Assembly (NCBI GenBank): GCA_038217285.1
Contig: JBBQPO010000104.1
Coordinates: forward strand, 1-18,872
Direction: 5' to 3'
DNA length: 18,872 nucleotides
Source of the DNA: Chthonomonadales bacterium
GTDB lineage: Bacteria; Armatimonadota; Chthonomonadetes; Chthonomonadales; Chthonomonadaceae
A program made the translations under genes and the position numbers. How positions within the stretch are numbered: the stretch's first letter is position 1; each line of letters starts with the position of its first letter. Below the pieces are notes generated by a model. It was not told the DNA's origin. It searched no databases and was given only the letters and a program-made list of their open reading frames with translations. Of this stretch, positions 1 to 5,861 are shown piece by piece.

Positions 1-108
1 GAAAGTTTCCATGCCTATCGTCGTCGTCAGCGTCAAAAGAAGGTCTATGGTTACTGGAAAATCGCCCGACCAGACGAATTGACGACGCCATTACGGTTTG
101 CAGCGTAG
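1..108 (+). CDS. 3' end of a probable ISKra4-like DDE transposase (partial, runs off left edge)
   Basis: Frame 1 is open from base 1 to TAG at 106-108: ESFHAYRRRQRQKKVYGYWKIARPDELTTPLRFAA*. It resembles, from memory, the F/Y-H-xxxx-E/Q-xx-R-L/V-Y C-terminal tail of ISKra4-family transposases. Only 35 aa are visible. Confidence 0.45.
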   Translation, partial: ESFHAYRRRQRQKKVYGYWKIARPDELTTPLRFAA

Positions 109-141
109 ACAAAGTTTCACCCAATGAAATGGAACGCACCC
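1..141 (+). mobile_element. Right end of a putative ISKra4-like insertion sequence, terminus ...AATGGAACGCACCC at 141
   Basis: GCACCC-3' (GGGTGC... on the other strand) lies 33 bp after the stop codon and resembles ISKra4/ISMich2-type termini. It abuts exactly where the CRISPR repeat match begins (142). The left end is not in the window. Confidence 0.45.
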
Positions 142-236
142 TAATCGAACCAGTCTGGAATTGAAACGATCAAGGTATACTCTTTACAGGCTTCCTTGGG
201 TAGGAGCCTTTAATCGAACACGGGTGGAATTGAAGC
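142..236 (+). CRISPR. Trailer end of a CRISPR array: one 5'-clipped repeat, a 39-nt spacer, one degenerate 30-nt repeat
   Basis: 142-167 TAATCGAACCAGTCTGGAATTGAAAC and 207-236 CCTTTAATCGAACACGGGTGGAATTGAAGC match at 21 of 26 shared positions. The spacer is 168-206. A 30-nt repeat ending ATTGAAAC is typical of Cas6-processed type I-B/III arrays. No cas genes are in the window. Confidence 0.7.
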
Positions 237-349
237 GAAACCGTGGACGACCTCGCTCCCTTGAACAAGTAGAGGACGAAACCTGCGTAGCTCTGTCCTA
301 TCGCTCTGGAATGTAACGAACACAAAACACTAGGAGTCTTGTTCTCCCT

Positions 350-1009
350 ATGTCTGAAAATGCGTCTGCTTCGCCTTTAAGAATTGCCGCGATGGTTTCT
401 GCGCAAGGGCGCGGGTCCAATCTGGGGGCACTGTTGGCGGCGTGCGAGACAGGCGAGATTGCCGGTCAGTTCGCGGTCGTCATCGGGACACATGCAGAAG
501 CTCCGGCTTTGGAACGCGCCAGAGCGGCGGGAGTAGCGACCTCCATCGTATCACCGCGCAAATATGAGGGTAATGAGCAGGGATACACGGAGGCGCTGCT
601 TCGCATACTGCGCCGCCACGAGGTGGGCCTGCTCTGCCTGGCGGGTTATATGCGTCAGTTGCCGACCACCGTTGTTGCCGCTTATTCGGAACGCATTCTC
701 AACGTTCATCCCGCTCTACTCCCGCTCTTCGGCGGACGCGGCATGTACGGCGAGAACGTCCACCGCGCCGTGATCGAGAGCGGCATGAAGGTTTCGGGCT
801 GCACGGTACATTTCGTGGACGAACAGTACGACACCGGGCCTATCCTGGTGCAGATGGCCGTCCCTGTGGAAGAAGAGGATACACCTGCTACCCTGGCCGC
901 TCGTGTGATCAAGGCCGAGCATCAGGCTTATGTCCGCGCCGTCCATCTTATTGCCGCCGGTCGCGTCCATGTCGAGGGCCCTCGTGTCCGTATCTCCGCG
1001 CCTTTGTAG
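350..1009 (+). CDS. purN: Phosphoribosylglycinamide formyltransferase
   Basis: Motifs GRGSNL, LAGYM, NVHPALLP, GCTVHFV and DTGPI; 219 aa; AGGAG upstream. Confidence 0.96.
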   Translation: MSENASASPLRIAAMVSAQGRGSNLGALLAACETGEIAGQFAVVIGTHAEAPALERARAAGVATSIVSPRKYEGNEQGYTEALLRILRRHEVGLLCLAGYMRQLPTTVVAAYSERILNVHPALLPLFGGRGMYGENVHRAVIESGMKVSGCTVHFVDEQYDTGPILVQMAVPVEEEDTPATLAARVIKAEHQAYVRAVHLIAAGRVHVEGPRVRISAPL

Positions 1010-1043
1010 GGGTCTGACAATCATTGATGTTGTTGGCGAATTC

Positions 1044-1356
1044 GGTAGTGCTGCATTAAACGGTGACAATGGCCATACCGCCTTTCGTTTCCCTGGCCCC
1101 TGTTTTTCCAGGCGGATGCCCTCTTCGTTTCGGAGGAACCAACGGCGCAGCAGCGACCTGGTGGCACAGCAAATCTCCCACGCTCCAGACGTCTGCCGTC
1201 AAACCTGCCGCCATCGCAGGCGTCGTCGGCCAGCGTTGCTTGCCAAAACGGATCTCCCCTAAACTCTGGTGGGGAGTGCAGAAGTTGTAAACCGTTCCTA
1301 CCAGATACATAGAGCACTGAAGGTTCTCTTCCGAAACCGCAAGACAGCGGGTACGA
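1044..1356 (-). mobile_element. IS1-family remnant (3' part of transposase plus right terminal repeat)
   Basis: GGTAGTGCTGCATTAAACGGTGA starting at 1044 resembles IS1-type GGTARTG termini, and the transposase stop (1056-1058) lies inside it. The 5' part is replaced by the IS21 end at about 1357. Confidence 0.75.
1056..1355 (-). pseudogene. IS1-family transposase C-terminal fragment
   Basis: Reading upstream of the ORF-track Met gives RTRCLAVSEENLQCSMYLVGTVYNFCTPHQSL...TPAMAAGLTADVWSVGDLL. The YNF-x-x-PH-x-SL and TPAMAAGLT-xx-VWS motifs are characteristic of IS1-family C-termini. Confidence 0.8.
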
Positions 1357-1373
1357 TGGTTTTGACAACCCGG

Positions 1374-1429
1374 TTTGGCCCACTTCGATACTCAATTTTG
1401 GCCCACTTCGATATTCGAGATTGGCCCAC
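1374..1429. repeat. Three subterminal direct repeats, 23-bp period (putative IstA binding sites)
   Basis: TTTGGCCCACTTCGATA is exact at 1374-1390 and 1397-1413; the core TTGGCCCAC recurs at 1421-1429. Confidence 0.85.
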
Positions 1430-1588
1430 CTGCCGGGGTAAATCGAAACGTTTGTGGGCGCCTCCTTTCCGAAATCTCTCCCCTGGTCATACAGCCTGAG
1501 AGCCATCGATTTTGCCGTAGGGAACGGGCCGCTGGCCCGAGAGCGAAGGCAAAATCGTATCGAGCCCAACGGCAAGTCCGGACAAACC

Positions 1589-1909
1589 TTACGAGAGTAG
1601 ATCGCTCAGGGCATCGACAACGGCCTCTACCGAGGTGATCTTCTCCTGGTGGGATCCGCCCCGTTCGCTCTCTTGCCAATTCTCGGAGCGATCCTCAAAA
1701 TAGTCCTGCATCTCACTCAGGCTATAGGAGATCAACTCATGAGCCGCTTGGAACGAGGCATTCCAACGCGCCCACCCGGGCAGAGTGGGAATACTCGGGA
1801 GCGAAGGCAACCCCTTGGCGGCAAGCTCCTTTTGACGGGTCTGGTCACGGCGAGCGCGAAACGCCGCCTGACGCGCCGCGTTGGAAGCATGGATCTTGGG
1901 TTGAGGCAT
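1589..1909 (-). CDS. Hypothetical 106-aa protein inside the IS21 remnant, translationally coupled to istB
   Basis: ATG overlaps the istB TGA (TGATG at 1911-1907) with GGGAGGGG upstream. It has a basic N-terminal helix (NAARQAAFRARR) and an acidic helical C-terminus (EMQDYFEDRSENWQESERG). Confidence 0.75.
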   Translation of the reverse strand: MPQPKIHASNAARQAAFRARRDQTRQKELAAKGLPSLPSIPTLPGWARWNASFQAAHELISYSLSEMQDYFEDRSENWQESERGGSHQEKITSVEAVVDALSDLLS

Positions 1910-2226
1910 CAGCTTGCCCCTCCCGAAGCGTTATGTAACGCTTGCGTATCCGCAACTCCGTTACGCCTCTCCAAGGTGCGCCGGAAACAGAAGGACTCCT
2001 GGCCCGTCTCAATGATGTGCGCCCGGTCGGTCAGGCGATCCAGCAGCGCCTTGCAGAGGCGAGCATTGGTGAACGAATCAATGGAGAGTTTGCGGGAATC
2101 AGCCCATCTCTGAAGCTGTGTGGCGTAGCGTAGATACCAGATTGCCGTCGAACTTGCTTTGACGACCCGCTTGTGGGTATAGAAACCGCGAACGGCTTCC
2201 TCCCAGGTTAGAGTAAAAGTACCCAT
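1909..2226 (-). pseudogene. Chimeric ORF: probable tyrosine-integrase N-terminal domain (aa 1-53) fused in frame to the IstB ATPase C-terminus (aa 54-105)
   Basis: [30 protein letters not shown] is the IstB C-terminal motif, with no Walker A/B present. The N-part TWEEAVRGF...SSTAIWY...QLQRW resembles integrase core-binding/SAM-like domains and starts about 90 bp downstream of a tRNA. Confidence 0.7.
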
Positions 2227-2316
2227 GAGTGGTGGATCTCATTTCACTTTCTTGCCGGTTTTCAGATCAGCAGGGAGTGACAATGAGTATCATTTAGTGG
2301 CAACGTATAAGGAGGA

Positions 2317-2389
2317 TGGGTCGTCAGGGGCTCGAACCCTGGGCAAATGGATTAAGAGTCCACTACTCTACCAACTGAGTTAACGACCC
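2317..2389 (-). tRNA. tRNA-Lys (anticodon CTT), CCA not encoded
   Basis: Reverse complement GGGTCGTTAACTCAGTTGGTAGAGTAGTGGACTCTTAATCCATTTGCCCAGGGTTCGAGCCCCTGACGACCCA. Acceptor stem GGGTCGT/ACGACCC, D arm, anticodon arm GTGGA-CTCTTAA-TCCAT, TTCGA T-loop. Confidence 0.97.
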
Positions 2390-2430
2390 GCAGGCAAACA
2401 GGCGTTTCGAGGGTGTCGAAACGCACCCCT

Positions 2431-2459
2431 AGTATACACCGACGCCCGGAGAAAGTCAA
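2431..2459 (-). promoter_or_regulatory. Sigma70-type promoter of tRNA-Lys
   Basis: Minus strand TTGACT (2459-2454), 17-bp spacer, TATACT (2436-2431), about 40 bp upstream of the mature tRNA. The leader has a GCGTTTCGA/TCGAAACGC inverted repeat at 2402-2424. Confidence 0.8.
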
Positions 2460-2640
2460 GATCGAATCGCAGACTCAGCGGCGGGAGGGCGGCACACGAA
2501 AGGGAGCAGGGCAAACCCGCCTCGATGTCGAAATGGAGGACGGTGGAGGAGAAGGCGCTTCAGGCGCACACTTTCATCGTGGTAGAGCCATAACTTCAGG
2601 TGGCAAAGCCTACGTGGCGACGAAGGAGATAGAAAAACCA

Positions 2641-3615
2641 ATGGAAATAGCAATCGTCGGACTGGGCAAGATGGGCGGCAACATGGCCGAGCGCCTGATC
2701 CAGCGTGGACATCGCGTCGTCGGCTGCGATTCCTCACCAGAGGCGCAGGATCGTGTGCGTGCGCTCGGCTGCGATGCCGCTGGAACCGTTACCGATATGA
2801 TCGGGCGACTGACGCAGACGCCGCGCGTCATCTGGAGCATGGTACCGTCCGGAAAAGTGACCGAAGCGGTCCTCACTGAAGCTGCCGCTACGTTGAGCCC
2901 CGGCGATATCATCATCGATGGTGGCAACTCCCGTTTCAGCGACTCCGTCCGGCACTACAACGAGCTGAAAGCCAGGGGCCTCAACTTTCTGGACGCCGGA
3001 ACCTCGGGCGGTATCTGGGGCCTGAAGGAGGGCTACTGCCTGATGGTCGGCGGCGACAAAGAGGTGTTCGATACCGTGGAGCCGCTGCTGGCTGCGCTCG
3101 CTCCCGAAGGAGGGCTGCTGCATACCGGCCCCGCAGGCTCCGGCCACTATGTCAAGATGGTACACAACGGCATCGAATACGCCCTGATGCAGTCGTATGC
3201 CGAAGGCTTCGAGATCCTGAAAGCCTCTCCCTACCCCGAGATCGACCTGCACGCTGTCTGCGATCTGTGGCGACACGGCAGCGTCGTCCGCTCCTGGCTG
3301 CTCGACCTCGCCACCGACGCGTTCAAAGAAGACCCCAACCTCGACCATATCACCGGCTATGTAGAAGACTCGGGTGAAGGCCGCTGGACCGTGCAGGAGA
3401 GCATCGAACACGCCGTGCCCGCGCCCGTCATCGCTCTCTCGCTCTATCTGCGCTTCCGCAGCCGCCAGGAGGACAGCTTCTCCATGAAGGTGCTGGCCGC
3501 GCTACGCAACGAGTTCGGCGGACACGCCGTGCATAAGAAGACGATCGAAGGCCCGCACGTTCCCGGCCTTGACTCTGCCGGAGCCGAAAAGACATACGCC
3601 AAGACCGATGTCTGA
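2641..3615 (+). CDS. gnd: Decarboxylating 6-phosphogluconate dehydrogenase (short type)
   Basis: Motifs GLGKMG, IIDGGNS and GHYVKMVHNGIEY. The start is placed at ATG 2641 after AAGGAG, not at 2413 as in the ORF track. Confidence 0.95.
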   Translation: MEIAIVGLGKMGGNMAERLIQRGHRVVGCDSSPEAQDRVRALGCDAAGTVTDMIGRLTQTPRVIWSMVPSGKVTEAVLTEAAATLSPGDIIIDGGNSRFSDSVRHYNELKARGLNFLDAGTSGGIWGLKEGYCLMVGGDKEVFDTVEPLLAALAPEGGLLHTGPAGSGHYVKMVHNGIEYALMQSYAEGFEILKASPYPEIDLHAVCDLWRHGSVVRSWLLDLATDAFKEDPNLDHITGYVEDSGEGRWTVQESIEHAVPAPVIALSLYLRFRSRQEDSFSMKVLAALRNEFGGHAVHKKTIEGPHVPGLDSAGAEKTYAKTDV

Positions 3616-3661
3616 CGGGCGGCGGAGTTTACGCTGATAACGGCACGAGAGGGAGACCCTT

Positions 3662-4186
3662 ATGCGAGAACCGAGACCACTCTTTTCCAACACATTCGGC
3701 GCAGTCGTGCTGTTGGCCGCGTTGCTGCTGGTGGGCGACTTTGCCCTGCGTACCGTCCACGCCGCCCCTGACGCCGCGCCGCCCAAAGTCCTCCTGGCAC
3801 AGGAGTTCCGGCTGGTCGATAAGACCGGCGCGACGCGCGCGACGCTCCAGACCCAGGACGATGGCAGCCCCGGCCTCGCCCTCTACGACAAGAACGGGAA
3901 GGTGCGCGTCACGCTGCAGGTTCGGCCCGACGGCAGCTCTGCGCTGGCCTTTCACGATGCGCAGAGCAAACCCCGCGTGGAACTGGCGCAGGAGAGCGAT
4001 GGGACCGGCGGCCTCACGCTGACCAACGGCAAAGGCACGGGAGGCGCGGCCATCCTGATCGCGCCCAACAGCAACCCTGTCGCGGTTTTCAAAGATAAGG
4101 ACGGCAAAATGACCTGGTCGGCCCCAGGGCCGGAGATCGAGCTGCCCCTCGATCCGCCTCCTGCCAAACCCGCGAAGAAACCGTAA
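3662..4186 (+). CDS. Hypothetical exported or membrane-anchored protein with 23-aa beta-rich repeats
   Basis: N-terminal hydrophobic segment ending VHA; four and a half repeats of the type LALYDKNGKVRVTLQVRPDGSSA; Pro/Lys-rich tail; GGGAG RBS. Confidence 0.8.
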   Translation: MREPRPLFSNTFGAVVLLAALLLVGDFALRTVHAAPDAAPPKVLLAQEFRLVDKTGATRATLQTQDDGSPGLALYDKNGKVRVTLQVRPDGSSALAFHDAQSKPRVELAQESDGTGGLTLTNGKGTGGAAILIAPNSNPVAVFKDKDGKMTWSAPGPEIELPLDPPPAKPAKKP

Positions 4187-4257
4187 CCTGACAAGACAAA
4201 CCTATTTATCGGCCCTCTGAAACCGAATTCAGAGGAGATGTGGAAAGTGAGAGATAT

Positions 4258-5793
4258 ATGGCCGATGCGACGACGACCACCCCTGCTGGGGCGCCCGAAA
4301 AAGATCTGGCCTCTTGCGCCTTCGTGCTGTTCGGGGCGACAGGCGACCTGACCCGGCGCAAGATCGTCCCCGCCCTGTTCAGCCTGGCCGTGCAGGGGCT
4401 GCTGCCGAAATCCTTTACCATCGTCGCCTTCGCCCGCCGGGACAAGACCGACGACAGCTTCCGCGCGGAGCTTCAGGTCGCCCTGCGCGAATTCGCGCCA
4501 AAGCTGCCCGCAGACGGGCCGGAGTGGGCCGCCTTCGCCGAGCGGATCAGCTACCTCCGCTCCAACTTCGACGATGAGCCTGGCTACCGACGCCTCGCCA
4601 CCTATCTCGACAAGCTCGACAAAGAGCGTGGCATCGGCGGCAACCGTCTCTTCTATCTCGCCACGCCGCCCGACAACTTCAGCGAGATCATTCTGCACCT
4701 CGGCAAAGTCGGCCTGAACAAGCCCGGCAAAGCCGGTCAGTGGGCGCGCATTATCATCGAGAAGCCGTTTGGGATCGACCTCCCCTCGGCCCGCGCCCTC
4801 AATGTCGAACTCAACTCCTCGTTCGAAGAGAGTCAGGTCTATCGCATCGATCACTACCTCGGCAAAGAGACCGTGCAGAATATCCTGGTGCTGCGGTTCG
4901 CCAACCAGATATTCGAGCCGCTCTGGAACCAGAAGTATATCGACAATGTGCAGATCACCGTGGCCGAGACGCTGGGGGTCGAAGGGCGCGGCGCCTACTT
5001 CGAAAACTCCGGCATCACCCGCGACATCGTGCAGAACCACGCCCTGCAGGTTTTGACCCTGATCGCGATGGAGCCGCCTGTCGCACTGACGGCCGACGCT
5101 ATCCGGGACGAAAAGGTGAAGGTGCTGCGCTCCTTGCGCCCGTTCACGCCCGAGGAGGTCGCGCTCTGGACCGTGCGGGGGCAGTACGGCCCCGGCGTCA
5201 TCACCGAAGAGGCGGTCCCTGGCTACCGCCAGGAGGAGGGCGTCGATTCGCACTCTGAGACCGACACCTTCGCGGCCTTCAAGTTCCAGATCAACAACTG
5301 GCGCTGGTCCGGCGTTCCCTTCTATGTCCAGGCTGGGAAACGGATGCCCCGGCGCGTCACCGAAGTCAAGATCCAGTTCAAGGCCGTTCCCGACATTCTC
5401 TTCGCCCGCATCAACAGCAACGGTCTCTGCCCCAACCTGCTCACACTGCGTATTCAGCCCGACGAAGGGGCCTCGATGGAGATCGGCAGCAAAGAGCCCG
5501 GCCCGGAGATGAACATCCAGCCCGTGCGCATGAACTTCCAGTACGGGGCCACCTTCAACGCGCCGATCCGGGACGCCTATGAGCGCCTGATCCTCGATGC
5601 CGTGCGCGGCGACGCCTCGCTTTTTGCCCGCAACGACGAGGTCGAGGCCGCCTGGGGCCTGATAACCCCGATCCTGGACGCCTGGCGTGATCTCTCCTGC
5701 CCTCTCTTCCCCAACTACGCCGCCGGAACATGGGGACCTGAGGCCGCCAACTCGCTCCTTGCCGACGGCCGGGCCTGGCATCTGCCGAAATAA
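4258..5793 (+). CDS. zwf: Glucose-6-phosphate 1-dehydrogenase
   Basis: Motifs GATGDL, IEKPFG, RIDHYLGKE and DIVQNH. The start is ATG 4258 (alternative GTG 4240). Confidence 0.97.
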   Translation: MADATTTTPAGAPEKDLASCAFVLFGATGDLTRRKIVPALFSLAVQGLLPKSFTIVAFARRDKTDDSFRAELQVALREFAPKLPADGPEWAAFAERISYLRSNFDDEPGYRRLATYLDKLDKERGIGGNRLFYLATPPDNFSEIILHLGKVGLNKPGKAGQWARIIIEKPFGIDLPSARALNVELNSSFEESQVYRIDHYLGKETVQNILVLRFANQIFEPLWNQKYIDNVQITVAETLGVEGRGAYFENSGITRDIVQNHALQVLTLIAMEPPVALTADAIRDEKVKVLRSLRPFTPEEVALWTVRGQYGPGVITEEAVPGYRQEEGVDSHSETDTFAAFKFQINNWRWSGVPFYVQAGKRMPRRVTEVKIQFKAVPDILFARINSNGLCPNLLTLRIQPDEGASMEIGSKEPGPEMNIQPVRMNFQYGATFNAPIRDAYERLILDAVRGDASLFARNDEVEAAWGLITPILDAWRDLSCPLFPNYAAGTWGPEAANSLLADGRAWHLPK

Positions 5794-5810
5794 CCCACAA
5801 AAAGAGAAAG

Positions 5811-5851
5811 TGAAATACTGCCCTCTCCGCGTCTTCGGAGAGGGCATTTCA
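5811..5851 (+). terminator. Strong intergenic hairpin between zwf and fbp (terminator-like or mRNA-stabilising)
   Basis: Perfect 11-bp stem TGCCCTCTCCG (5819-5829) / CGGAGAGGGCA (5836-5846), extendable by TGAAA/TTTCA. The U-tract is only 3 nt. Confidence 0.45.
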
Positions 5852-5861
5852 GGGAGAGAGT

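Larger units (their letters stand above)
1357..2067 (-). mobile_element. IS21-family remnant (istB 3' end, extra small gene, right end)
   Basis: The IstB C-terminus is at 1909-2067. A terminal TG at 1357 is followed by three 23-bp-spaced TTGGCCCAC repeats, the multi-repeat end typical of IS21. istA and the left end are absent. Confidence 0.8.

Noticed and set aside
236-300. GAGGACGAAAC resembling the 3' half of a hammerhead ribozyme core
   Set aside because: No CTGANGA upstream and no convincing stems I and III.
1005-1030. GTAGGGGTCTGAC as a possible att copy of the tRNA-Lys 3' end, or as a further REP
   Set aside because: Only a few bases match GTCAGGGGCTCG, and no hairpin follows the GTAG.
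1021-1575. 184-aa minus-strand ORF
   Set aside because: It crosses the IS21 terminal repeats and overlaps the IS1 fragment in another frame; it has no recognisable motifs.
2413-2640. 76-aa N-terminal extension of gnd in the ORF track
   Set aside because: It overlaps the tRNA promoter; ATG 2641 has a good RBS and begins the Rossmann fold.
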